Position numbers and translations under genes: made by a program
The notes under the pieces: generated by a model
Told to the model about the DNA's origin: nothing
Database searches by the model: none
What the model saw: only the letters and a program-made list of their open reading frames with translations
From: an uncultured Syntrophaceae bacterium
GTDB lineage: Bacteria; Desulfobacterota; Syntrophia; Syntrophales; UBA2192
Assembly (NCBI GenBank): GCA_964628025.1
Contig: CAZVLL010000006.1
Coordinates: 946 to 64,945 of the forward strand
Reading direction: 5' to 3'
Length of the DNA: 64,000 nt
Shown: piece by piece, positions 54,320 to 63,420 of the stretch
Numbering within the stretch: the first letter of the stretch is position 1
Layout of the letters: each line of letters begins with the position of its first letter

Positions 54320-55720
54320 ATGTCCCCCGATCAAAAACACAAAATTCTTCTTGTCGATGACGAGGAATCGATCACGAAAGCGCTGCAGCGCCTGTTCCGT
54401 CGGGAGAACCACGACATTCTCACCGCATCGGGCGGTGAAGAAGGTCTGCGCATTCTGCGCGAATCGTCAGAACCCTTTTCTCTGATCATATCCGATCAGA
54501 GAATGCCGGGCATGAACGGGTCCGAATTCCTCGAACAGGCGAGGGCCATCGTCCCCAGGTCCATCCGGATCCTTCTTACGGGGTACTCGGATATGACCGC
54601 CATCGTCGATGCCGTCAACCGGGGACAGATCCACCGATACATGACGAAGCCCTGGAATGACGACGATATTCTCTTCGCGGTCCGGCAGTCCCTGGAGCAT
54701 TACGATCTCGTGAGCGAGAACGTTCGTCTCCTGGATTTGACCCGGAAGCAAAATGACGAACTGACCGATCTGAACCGGACCCTGGAGACGAAGGTCGAGG
54801 AGAGGTCCCGGGAGATCCTCATCAAGAATCAGGAGTTGTCCCGGCTGAACAAAGATCTGGAGATGAACCTCTACAATGCCGTGAAGGCCTTTTCGTCGCT
54901 TGTGGACAGGTTCAGCCCGGCACTGGCAGGTCACTGCCGCCGCGTCGCCCAGCTTTCCCGGGAGATCGGGGGGCTCCTGGATCTGCCCGAAAACGAACTG
55001 ATCCAGGTCGAGATCGCAGCGCACCTCCACGATTTCGGCAAACTCTCTTTTCCTCCCAAGCTCATCGAGTACCGGGAAGAGACGTGGACGCTGGAAGAGA
55101 AACGCCTGTACCGGAGTCATCCGCAACTAGGCCAGGAGACGGTGCACTTCATCAACCGGCTCGATCAGGTCGGTCTGATCATCCGCAGCCACCACGAGCG
55201 CTACGATGGCCACGGGTTTCCCGATCAGCTGGCCGATGAGGAGATCCCCATCGGAGCGCGGATCATCACGGTAGTTGACGCGTTCGACAAGATGGCGAAT
55301 CTGCACGTCGACATCGGCCAGACAGTGAAAGGTCTGCGTCACACGGAGGGCCGGATCCATGAGGATGAACTGTTCTACAAGGGCGCGGTGTCGCATCTCA
55401 GAAAGGAAAGCCTTCTGTCCTACGATCCCGATGTCGTGAAAGTATTCCTCTCGCTTTTGCAATCCCGCGCGACAGCGGACGGTCAAAAAACGGCCGGCAA
55501 AAGCCATGTTCACTACTTTCAGAAAGCGTCGACGCGTCCCGAGCAGAAGATGTCCATGCAGGAACTGTCGCACGGCATGACCATTTCGAGGGCGCTTTAC
55601 ACGAAGAGCGGGCGCTTTCTGCTGCCGGCGCATACGGTGCTGACCGAAAACTACATTGAAAAAATCCTTTCCCTGCATGAATCGGACTCCGTCAGTACGA
55701 TATACGTATTCTTGAAATGA
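54320..55720 (+). CDS. response regulator with HD-GYP-type domain (GFP variant) and ~100-aa C-terminal extension
   Basis: REC (ILLVDDEES...LIISDQRMPGMNG...YMTKPW). HDFGKLSFP and HHERYDGHGFPDQL. Confidence 0.85.
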   Translation: MSPDQKHKILLVDDEESITKALQRLFRRENHDILTASGGEEGLRILRESSEPFSLIISDQRMPGMNGSEFLEQARAIVPRSIRILLTGYSDMTAIVDAVNRGQIHRYMTKPWNDDDILFAVRQSLEHYDLVSENVRLLDLTRKQNDELTDLNRTLETKVEERSREILIKNQELSRLNKDLEMNLYNAVKAFSSLVDRFSPALAGHCRRVAQLSREIGGLLDLPENELIQVEIAAHLHDFGKLSFPPKLIEYREETWTLEEKRLYRSHPQLGQETVHFINRLDQVGLIIRSHHERYDGHGFPDQLADEEIPIGARIITVVDAFDKMANLHVDIGQTVKGLRHTEGRIHEDELFYKGAVSHLRKESLLSYDPDVVKVFLSLLQSRATADGQKTAGKSHVHYFQKASTRPEQKMSMQELSHGMTISRALYTKSGRFLLPAHTVLTENYIEKILSLHESDSVSTIYVFLK

Positions 55721-55741
55721 GAGGACATTCAGAGGACACGC

Positions 55742-56629
55742 ATGGATACCAAGACAAGAGAGACCCTGGGAGATGCCGAGCACCAGCTGAAGCGTCTCAG
55801 TACGATACGAGAACTGCCGACCATGCCCGTCGTCCTGATGCGGCTCAATCGAATGCTGCAGGATGATGTGGCCTCGATCGAAAAAATCGGCCATCTGATT
55901 GAGACGGATCAGGCACTGTCCTCGAAGATCCTCAAGCTCGTCAATTCCGCTTTCTTCGGGTTCCCGTCCCGGGTAAGCAACATTTCCCATGCGCTCATGA
56001 TCCTCGGGTTCAACACCGTGCGGAATGCAGCCATTTCCGTGTCCCTCATCGATGCCATGCGTATCAAGAAAGGCGTCGAGGATTTCGACATTAAGGAATT
56101 CCTGCGGCATGCCATCGCCGTGGCCGTTGCCGGGAAGTACCTGGCCAGAAAGGCCCGCATGCGCGAGCCCGATGATGCCTTCACGGCAGGGCTGCTACAC
56201 GACATCGGCAAGCTGGTCATGATCCAGTTCCTCCCTGATCTTTTCGATATCGTCTGGAAGAGGGTTCGCGAAGACAAGATCACCTTCTTCGATGCAGAAA
56301 AAATGGAACTCCCGCTGACGCATGCCGCCATCGGGGCTCATCTCTCCCATCTCTGGCAGTTTCCCGCGGGGCTGGTCTCGTCCATCGCCTATCACCATGA
56401 ACCGCCCCAGCCGTCCGAGTATTCTACGTCGATCATGACGGTTTGCCTGGCCAACAGGGCCGTCAATCATATCCGAGCCGGAATCCCGATGGATGCCGGG
56501 ATTGCCCTGAAATTCCCCGGGCAGGAAGCCTTTGTCCGGGACAAGGTGGCCACGGTCTCCCAATGGTTTGGCGATTTGGAAGAGGAGATCGAAGAGGCAT
56601 GCAGCTTTTTCCTGGAAGGGAGGGACTGA
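55742..56629 (+). CDS. HDOD domain protein
   Basis: LPTMPVVLMRLNRMLQDD...ALSSKILKLVNSAFFGFPSRVSNISHALMILGFNTVRN and HDIGKLVM are typical of HDOD. Confidence 0.85.
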   Translation: MDTKTRETLGDAEHQLKRLSTIRELPTMPVVLMRLNRMLQDDVASIEKIGHLIETDQALSSKILKLVNSAFFGFPSRVSNISHALMILGFNTVRNAAISVSLIDAMRIKKGVEDFDIKEFLRHAIAVAVAGKYLARKARMREPDDAFTAGLLHDIGKLVMIQFLPDLFDIVWKRVREDKITFFDAEKMELPLTHAAIGAHLSHLWQFPAGLVSSIAYHHEPPQPSEYSTSIMTVCLANRAVNHIRAGIPMDAGIALKFPGQEAFVRDKVATVSQWFGDLEEEIEEACSFFLEGRD

Positions 56630-57462
56630 TGGGCGAGAAGGTGCTCTCAATTCTGTGCATCGACGACGAGGAGAACATCCTGAGTGCGATGAAGCGTCTC
56701 CTGCGGCGGGAAGGGTACCGGATATTCACCACCGCGCACACCGCCGAGGCCCTCGAAATCCTGGAACAGAATTCCATCCAGCTGGTCATCTCGGATCAGA
56801 GAATGCCGCAGACATCGGGCACCGACTTTCTGTCGTTCGTCAAGGAACGCTATCCCGAGGTGATCCGGATCATCCTCACGGGCTATACCGATGTGGATTC
56901 CATCGCAGAGGCCGTCAACAAGGGCCTCATCTACAAATTCATCCTGAAGCCCTGGAATGACGAGGACCTCAAGCTGGATATCCGTCAGGCCCTCGAACAG
57001 TACGAGCTGATACTGACCAACAAGAGGCTCCATGAAAAGGTTATTGAGCAAAACGAAGAACTCCGGGTGATCAACGAGAATCTCGAGGAAATGGTTTGGA
57101 AACGGACCCTGGAACTGGAAATCAAAAATCAATCCCTGGAACTTGCCCAGGCCATCCTGGAAGACCTTCCCCTTCCGATTATCGGCGTCGGTTCCGACGG
57201 GATCGTCGCGTTCATCAACAAGCAGACGGCCTGTCTCCCCGGGGTCTGGTCCGCTGCCATCGTCGGCCGGGAACTTGGCAGTACGTTTCCGGCCGAGATT
57301 ACACGAGAAATCCTGGGACATCTCTCGACGATCGAAACCGTCCAATTCTTGCGATGCACGATCGACGAGACCCTTTTCGACATGTTTCTCTCCCCGCTGT
57401 CAGGGAGATTCCGAGGCCGGGGTCTGGTCATCACCCTGCGGCACATATCTACGGATGGCTGA
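56629..57462 (+). CDS. response-regulator receiver fused to a PAS-like domain
   Basis: The start ATG overlaps the HDOD stop (TGATG). REC (ILCIDDEEN...LVISDQRMPQTSG...FILKPW), coiled-coil linker, then a PAS-like C-terminus (ILEDLPLPIIGVGSDGIVAFINK). Confidence 0.8.
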   Translation: MGEKVLSILCIDDEENILSAMKRLLRREGYRIFTTAHTAEALEILEQNSIQLVISDQRMPQTSGTDFLSFVKERYPEVIRIILTGYTDVDSIAEAVNKGLIYKFILKPWNDEDLKLDIRQALEQYELILTNKRLHEKVIEQNEELRVINENLEEMVWKRTLELEIKNQSLELAQAILEDLPLPIIGVGSDGIVAFINKQTACLPGVWSAAIVGRELGSTFPAEITREILGHLSTIETVQFLRCTIDETLFDMFLSPLSGRFRGRGLVITLRHISTDG

Positions 57463-57678
57463 TCCTTCACCACGAAACGTTTTGTGTCGAAGCAAACTCC
57501 TGCGCAACGGACCTCTTCGGACCGCGAATCGCGGGGACGGCTTTCAGCGATCTCATTGTGGACATGACGGGATCGCTATTGACTTGCCTTGCGCATAGCT
57601 GCTGCCGTGACCTGCCCGGAAATCTTGAAACCGCAAAAGTGAACACTTCGACAATCTGTTTGGGATTCGGGATTCCAA

Positions 57679-57707
57679 TTGACAGGAACCATTCATTTTT
57701 CTATACT
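57679..57707 (+). promoter_or_regulatory. near-consensus sigma70 promoter for the DUF4384-caspase cluster
   Basis: TTGACA - 17 nt - TATACT, about 59 nt upstream of ATG 57766. Confidence 0.6.
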
Positions 57708-57765
57708 CGCGCAGCAAAAACGCAGATGTTCGAACGGCAGATACAGAACCAAGGGAGGTTGATGT

Positions 57766-58644
57766 ATGAACAGAAAGAACATGATGTTTCTCGCGGTGAT
57801 GATGCTTGCCTGTGCAATGGCTTTCATTCCCTTTTCGGCCGATGCCCAGAAAGCCCCCAAGGGGGCCAAGGCGATCTTCGACAGCGGAGACGGTGCTGCC
57901 GTACGGATGTCTTCCGGCGGCCCGGCCCCAAGCACAGCTCCGGCACCGGAGAAATATGTGGGCATTTCCTACAAGCTCGCCCTTCTCAAGGAAAACGGCG
58001 AATTCTCCATCGTTCCCCGGACGAGGACGTTCCGGTCCGGCGAACGGATCAAGATGCTCGTCCGGACGAACCGGCCCGGGTACCTTACGATCATGAACAT
58101 CGGCCCCAAGGGCAACACGACGGTTCTCTTTAACGAATATGTCGAAGCAAAACAGCTCTACGAGATTCCCAAATCAACGGCCCTGAAGTTTGCCGGCCCC
58201 CCCGGGACCGAGAAGGTCATGATCATGTTGTCGGGCAACCCGAACCCAATGGTCGGCGGACAGTCCACGACCGTTGCCAGCGGACCCGCCGCGTCGCCCT
58301 CGCTGCCACCGCCCCCCTCGTCCGGTCCGATGAGCTCGGCACCCCCCAGCATGCCTCCGCTTCCTCCGGGGCCCGTCGCCGACGCCGGCAGCAGCATACC
58401 CCCGCCACCACCCATGGCACTTGCCAGCAGCATGCAGGGATCCAAGGACATCGTTGTGGATCAGAACAAGACCGGGTACGCCGTGATTTCCCCCAAGGCG
58501 GGTTGGAAACCCTCGGCGAAGGGGACGAAGGACATCGTCCTGGAAAACGATGCAAGAGACGGCAGCAATTACGGTGTCGTTCCTGCCGCAGCGCTCGACG
58601 AGGGAGGCATCCTCACGCTTGACCTCAAGCTGACACACAAATAA
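57766..58644 (+). CDS. secreted DUF4384-domain protein with Pro-rich linker
   Basis: Signal peptide ...PFSADAQ. FRSGERIKMLVRTNRPGYLTIMNIGPKGNTTVLFN matches my memory of DUF4384. Contains a PSLPPPPSSGPMSSAPPSMPPLPPGP tract. Confidence 0.65.
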   Translation: MNRKNMMFLAVMMLACAMAFIPFSADAQKAPKGAKAIFDSGDGAAVRMSSGGPAPSTAPAPEKYVGISYKLALLKENGEFSIVPRTRTFRSGERIKMLVRTNRPGYLTIMNIGPKGNTTVLFNEYVEAKQLYEIPKSTALKFAGPPGTEKVMIMLSGNPNPMVGGQSTTVASGPAASPSLPPPPSSGPMSSAPPSMPPLPPGPVADAGSSIPPPPPMALASSMQGSKDIVVDQNKTGYAVISPKAGWKPSAKGTKDIVLENDARDGSNYGVVPAAALDEGGILTLDLKLTHK

Positions 58645-58656
58645 AAGGAGAAATGC

Positions 58657-59400
58657 ATGAACGCCTTTCGCCTCAAATCGGTCAGTCTGCTCGTGGTCTG
58701 CGCCTTTCTCTTGTCCTCCTGTGCATCGGTACTGCCCGATCCGTCCCAGATCCGGACGGAAGAGGAGCGTGTCGATGCGCGGAACAAGTGCATTGCCCTG
58801 TACACTGTAGGCGGCGCCGCAGCCGGCGCCCTCATCGGCGGACTCATCGGCGGCAGCTGGCAGTCGGCCGGTGTCGGAAGCCTCGTCGGTGGAGGATTCG
58901 GGTTCCTCGTTGCCTGGGGACACTGCCTGAGCCTGTACTCGACATTGCAGAGCCAGCCTGCGGCCGGCTATCAGCAGACAGCCCGGCAGGTGGGGTACAA
59001 CCCGTCCCAGGGAAATGTCACCAAGGTCCAGAGCTTCAATGTCACACCGGGAACGGTCGCTCCCGGGAACACCGTGAATCTTGGAGGTTCCTACTACGTC
59101 ATGGCGCCTGAAGGGGCCAAGGAGGCGAAGGTCACCGAAACGCGGTACGTGAAATACTTTGATCCCGCCAAGAATGAGTGGACTCAGCTCGGAGAAGTTG
59201 ACCAGGAAATCACGGCGGCGCCGGGATCCAGAAAAGCCGACGGCAAATTCGACATCCCGAAGGACGTTCCCGAGGGGAAATACCGCGTGGGCTTCAAGGT
59301 GGCCTCCGGAGGCAAGGAAGATGCCGTGGAAAAGGACCTGGTCGTGACAAAGGGGACGGCATCCCTGGAGACCCGCATGGCCTCCGTCGACCTGCGTTAG
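58657..59400 (+). CDS. lipoprotein with glycine-zipper segment and beta-rich C-terminal domain
   Basis: Lipobox LLSSC. GGAAAGALIGGLIGGSWQSAGVGSLVGGGFGFLVAWG. RBS AAGGAG. Confidence 0.6.
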   Translation: MNAFRLKSVSLLVVCAFLLSSCASVLPDPSQIRTEEERVDARNKCIALYTVGGAAAGALIGGLIGGSWQSAGVGSLVGGGFGFLVAWGHCLSLYSTLQSQPAAGYQQTARQVGYNPSQGNVTKVQSFNVTPGTVAPGNTVNLGGSYYVMAPEGAKEAKVTETRYVKYFDPAKNEWTQLGEVDQEITAAPGSRKADGKFDIPKDVPEGKYRVGFKVASGGKEDAVEKDLVVTKGTASLETRMASVDLR

Positions 59401-59422
59401 AAACCGGTCCCAGGAGCAAGTC

Positions 59423-60670
59423 ATGAAGAATCGGGCTTTATCAGCCCTGATTGTCCTGATCGCAGCCGTGATGGCGCTCGCGATGCCGGGATCCGTCACG
59501 GCGCAGTCTACGTCCGTCACCGACGACCACATCCGGCAGATCAACGGCCTCTTTGCGAAGAATGGCGTTCCCGGCGGGCTTGTCGTCCTGGATTCCTACG
59601 GCCGTCTGGAGCTCAAGGGGGATTACGAAGACGAATTCCAGGTCGACCGGGCCTTTTCGCTTGCCCAGACCGTTGTCGGTGTGAAGTGGGTCTCGCCCGT
59701 CACGCCGGAGAACATCAAGGTCAAGGCATGGGAAAAGAAACTCGGCTCGCTCTTCAGCAGGGCTGCGGTCCTGAAGCCCCAGGTACGCGGCGACGGTCCC
59801 GTAGGCTCCATCCGGAATCGCTATGCGCTCGTCGTCGGTGTCGGGAAGTTCAAAAGCGGCATTACGCCTCTCCAGTTTGCCGTCAGGGACGCCACCCTGT
59901 TTTACCGGTTCCTCAACGAGCAGGCAGGCTTTTCGAAGAACAACACCTATTTCCTGGCCGACCAGAATGCCACCTCGTCGAACATCCTCAAGTACCTCAC
60001 AGCCATCCGAAATGCTGCGCAGGAGGACGATCTTGTTGTCGTCTACATGAGCAGCCACGGGACACCTCCGGACAAGTTCGGCGGCGTCTACATCGTAACC
60101 TACGACACGGAGGTCAATCCCCGCGAGCGGGTCTGGCACACGTCGGTGGCCGAAAGCGCACTCAAAGATTTCGTCGAGAACCTCAAGGCGCGCAGGCTGG
60201 TCATGGTCCTGGACACCTGTTACAGCAACGGAGCCTACAGGGCAATTCCCGGGTTCCTCCCGCCGGGCGGGAAGTCTCTCGGTATCGGAGATGAGAATGA
60301 GGGCTACGGGGTGTCCAAGGCTCAGGGAAAGAGGCTCTTCGGGGCCAAGGACATTGTTCTCGAGGATGAGCCCCGGAAGGCTGCCTCCACCGGTAAAAGC
60401 ATCGAAAGCAAGGAATCCTATGGAAAGGTCCTCATCAGCGCCAGCAGCGCCGGAGAGAAATCCTGGGAATCGGACCAGCTTCGCAACAGTGTCTTCACCT
60501 ACTACTTCGTGGACGGGATGAAGCGCTACGACGGATCGGTGAAGGACGCCTTCGATTACTCCAAACCCAGGACACAGCAGAGGGTTCAGGAGGAAAAAGG
60601 GGCCGATATCACCCAGACCCCCCAGGCCATGGCCACCAACGAAAACTGGAATATGCGTGTCAAACGATAG
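59423..60670 (+). CDS. secreted caspase-family (peptidase C14) protein with N-terminal BON-like domain
   Basis: Signal peptide ...GSVTAQS. BON-like LVVLDSYGRLELKGDYEDEFQVDRAFSLAQTVVGVKWV. Caspase dyad contexts VVYMSSHGT (His) and VMVLDTCYSNGA (Cys). Confidence 0.75.
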   Translation: MKNRALSALIVLIAAVMALAMPGSVTAQSTSVTDDHIRQINGLFAKNGVPGGLVVLDSYGRLELKGDYEDEFQVDRAFSLAQTVVGVKWVSPVTPENIKVKAWEKKLGSLFSRAAVLKPQVRGDGPVGSIRNRYALVVGVGKFKSGITPLQFAVRDATLFYRFLNEQAGFSKNNTYFLADQNATSSNILKYLTAIRNAAQEDDLVVVYMSSHGTPPDKFGGVYIVTYDTEVNPRERVWHTSVAESALKDFVENLKARRLVMVLDTCYSNGAYRAIPGFLPPGGKSLGIGDENEGYGVSKAQGKRLFGAKDIVLEDEPRKAASTGKSIESKESYGKVLISASSAGEKSWESDQLRNSVFTYYFVDGMKRYDGSVKDAFDYSKPRTQQRVQEEKGADITQTPQAMATNENWNMRVKR

Positions 60671-60692
60671 TTGCATGTCAAGGAGGAGATCC

Positions 60693-61289
60693 ATGAAAAG
60701 AACGTTCATCGCGTCACTGGCCATCGTCAGCTTCATCGCAATAGCCCTTCTCGGGTGTGGGCAGCAGTCGTCACCTCCGCCGCCACCGGCCTCTCAGGCA
60801 CAGGCACCGGCCGCCCCGGCTCCGGCAGCGCCCGGGCAGCCCTCACTGGAAGTGACGGGTCACCTGAAACAGGGCATGGCCTACGTCAGCACGGCAAAGA
60901 ACGCCAACTCGCCGGCCGTTTTCAATGAGAATATCAACAACGCCATCAATGAATTCTCGAACGCCATTAAGAAGGACCCGGCTTACGCCACAGCGTATTC
61001 GAACCGGGCTGTCGCCTACATGATGCAGAAAAAATACAATCTCGCCCTTGACGATCTCAAGAAAGCGAAGGAACTGAAGCCCGCCGATCCGGCGATCCGG
61101 TACAACCTGGCGTCGTGCCATTCCCTCATGGGCAATGTCGATCTGGGCTTCGTTGAGCTCGATGCCGCCCTGGCAAACGGGTTCAACGACTATGATTCGC
61201 TCCGCAAAGATCCCGACATCGCCAATCTGAGGAAGCACGCCGATTGGCGGAAAACCCTGGAGAAGTACAAGGTCTTCATCGACAAGTAG
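60693..61289 (+). CDS. TPR-repeat lipoprotein
   Basis: RBS AGGAGGAG. Lipobox LLGC, Pro/Ala-rich linker, then three to four TPR units (AYSNRAVAYMMQKKYNLALDDLKKAKELKP...). Confidence 0.7.
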   Translation: MKRTFIASLAIVSFIAIALLGCGQQSSPPPPPASQAQAPAAPAPAAPGQPSLEVTGHLKQGMAYVSTAKNANSPAVFNENINNAINEFSNAIKKDPAYATAYSNRAVAYMMQKKYNLALDDLKKAKELKPADPAIRYNLASCHSLMGNVDLGFVELDAALANGFNDYDSLRKDPDIANLRKHADWRKTLEKYKVFIDK

Positions 61290-61317
61290 ATTAGCCTCAC
61301 ACCAGAATTGGAAAAAT

Positions 61318-61357
61318 GCCTTGCCCCACCACGAAACGGTCGGGCAGGGCTTTTTTT
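61318..61357 (+). terminator. intrinsic terminator after the caspase cluster
   Basis: GCCTTGCCC - 14-nt loop - GGGCAGGGC (one G-U pair) followed by TTTTTTT. Confidence 0.75.
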
Positions 61358-61440
61358 GGATGCTGACGTTCCTGGTATGGCTGATGATGCAGCCGGGTGG
61401 ATCACCAAGCAAGCAGGATGAGAAGCGGTGGAGCCGGGAT

Positions 61441-61716
61441 TTAGAGCGGGCGGCGGTTGCGTCTGCGGTCGAGGGCTTCGGCCATCAGAGGCAAAAACAG
61501 GGATCCGAAGGGCAGCAGGATGACGAGGAGAACAGGAATGTAGTGGGCAAGGTGTCGGATATAGCCCTTGAGTGCCCTGATTTCCTCCTTCGTCCACGGC
61601 ACTTTGGTATTCCTTGTCTTCATGAGCAGAGCCATGAACCCCCTCATGGACTCGGCCTCGGAATAGATCAGTTTTTTGTATCGTTCCAGTTGTTTATTCA
61701 AAAACCTTCGCAGCAT
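61441..61716 (-). CDS. small membrane protein with LETM1-RBD-like motif
   Basis: 91 aa. KTRNTKVPWTKEEIRALKGYIRHLAHYIPVLLVILLPFGSLFLPL parallels the LETM1-type pattern (basic helix, then ...VPF...LP...). The RBS is weak. Confidence 0.4.
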   Translation of the reverse strand: MLRRFLNKQLERYKKLIYSEAESMRGFMALLMKTRNTKVPWTKEEIRALKGYIRHLAHYIPVLLVILLPFGSLFLPLMAEALDRRRNRRPL

Positions 61717-61878
61717 GTCCTTTGCTTTCTCTGATCCGGGTTGCTGTCCTATTCAATCGGACAGCGAGCCGCATTTCTTGAAATAAAAATACAGGACATC
61801 TGTTTTCAAATCCGCACGAGGATGCCGAAGCCGATGCGTCTGGCATGAATATTGATTGATAAGAGACAGGAGCGGTTT

Positions 61879-62694
61879 ATGAAAATTCCTGCCGAATGGA
61901 ATGGAGTCGAGCGCCGGACCGGAAACGGAGACATCGGACAGGCGCGCCGCTCGCCCGCATCGGCGCGAAGCGGGGCCGATGCCTTCCGGGAAATCTTGGA
62001 AACGCGTATGACTTCTACCGGGGGAGCCTTGTCCGGCGGGGGTCCTGCCGACATTCCCGATGAGAAAACGATCCGTCAACTCATCGAAATCATCCGGATC
62101 CGGATGATGCTTGATGAGCACATGCTGGAATCCATGCGGGACGGAGGGGGTGATGGATCCCTCTATCAGCGTTTTGCCCGATGGCACCTGGGCGGGATCA
62201 ATGCGATGGCCGCACCCGCTGAACCGGTGAAACCCGTTCGGGAGGAACCGGTGGAAAAAATTACTGAAGACGTTCCTTCCGTCGTCAGGGTCCGCAGGAC
62301 GTCCGACAGGTCCCAGCCGTACGAACCCATCATCCGGCAGGCATCGAAAACTTATGGGGTGGAACCGGAGCTCATCCGTGCCGTCATTCGTGCCGAGAGC
62401 AATTTCAAGAACGAGAGCATTTCCCCGAAGGGAGCCATGGGCTTGATGCAGATCATGCCTGCAACGGCAAAGGATCTAGGTATCCGGGATGCCTACGACG
62501 CCCAGGAGAACATTATGGGGGGGACACGTTATCTGAAAAGCCTTCTGGACCGGTACCAGGGGGACGTGCCTACGGCGCTTGCCGCCTATAACTGGGGGAT
62601 GGGAAACGTGGAGCGCCGCCCGGAAAAACTTCCCCGGGAAACGCGGGACTACATCAATCGGATCCGGCATTACATGGACGAAGGAAAGGCCTGA
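61879..62694 (+). CDS. lytic transglycosylase (SLT/GH23 domain) protein
   Basis: AESNFKNESISPKGAMGLMQIMPATAKDLG...AYNWGMGNV holds the catalytic Glu context and the family motifs. RBS ACAGGAG upstream of ATG 61879. Confidence 0.8.
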   Translation: MKIPAEWNGVERRTGNGDIGQARRSPASARSGADAFREILETRMTSTGGALSGGGPADIPDEKTIRQLIEIIRIRMMLDEHMLESMRDGGGDGSLYQRFARWHLGGINAMAAPAEPVKPVREEPVEKITEDVPSVVRVRRTSDRSQPYEPIIRQASKTYGVEPELIRAVIRAESNFKNESISPKGAMGLMQIMPATAKDLGIRDAYDAQENIMGGTRYLKSLLDRYQGDVPTALAAYNWGMGNVERRPEKLPRETRDYINRIRHYMDEGKA

Positions 62695-62730
62695 GAAAAA
62701 ACCCGTCACAGGAAGGGTTTTTCATGGGTG

Positions 62731-63399
62731 TCATTCCACTGCACTGCTTCCCAGATACTCTGTCACGATGTCCAGTAGATAGCTCACCTTGAAGGGTTTC
62801 GACAGGGTCGGGTACCCGTATTGGATGACTTCCTCATCCAACTCCTTCTTCAATCGCTTCACGCCGAAAAACCCGCTCATGAAAATGACCTTGATGCCGG
62901 GGTTTTCCAGACGGATGCGACGGACGAGTTCGATGCCGTTCACGTTGGGCATGACGATGTCGGTGAGAAGCAGATCGGGTTCGAAGCTCCTGTACATCTC
63001 GTAGCCCGTTTCTCCGTCGATGGCGACGCGGACCTCGAACCCCTCCATGGTGAAGATGCTGCGAAGGGTATCCTGGTAGCCGAATTCATCTTCCACAACC
63101 AGGATTTTCCACTTGCCTTTCGGTTTCTTGACGAGTCCGTTCTTGAGGATTTCGACAAGCTCCTTGTCCGGCAGTGCGTGGATGATCTGGGCCACGCTGT
63201 TGATCCTCTGCTGCATCTTCTCGGCCTTTTCCTTGTGCTCCGGGTTCAGGTCCGGGTGGTAGATTTTGGACAGGAGCCTGTAGTTGGATCGGACATAGGA
63301 CAGGGCTGGCGCTTCGCCCAGTTCGGTGTAGATCTCCCTTGCCTTGTCCAGCATGCCGAGGAGGTTCAGTTCTTTTGCTAGATCAACCGATGATTTCAT
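62731..63399 (-). CDS. J-domain (DnaJ-like, HPD motif) fused to a response-regulator receiver
   Basis: N-terminal ...YRLLSKIYHPDLNPEHKEKAEKMQQRIN. C-terminal REC KILVVEDEFG...LLLTDIVMPNVNG...LSKPF. Confidence 0.75.
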   Translation of the reverse strand: MKSSVDLAKELNLLGMLDKAREIYTELGEAPALSYVRSNYRLLSKIYHPDLNPEHKEKAEKMQQRINSVAQIIHALPDKELVEILKNGLVKKPKGKWKILVVEDEFGYQDTLRSIFTMEGFEVRVAIDGETGYEMYRSFEPDLLLTDIVMPNVNGIELVRRIRLENPGIKVIFMSGFFGVKRLKKELDEEVIQYGYPTLSKPFKVSYLLDIVTEYLGSSAVE

Positions 63400-63420
63400 C
63401 ACCCTGCTCCCGGAAGAAGT

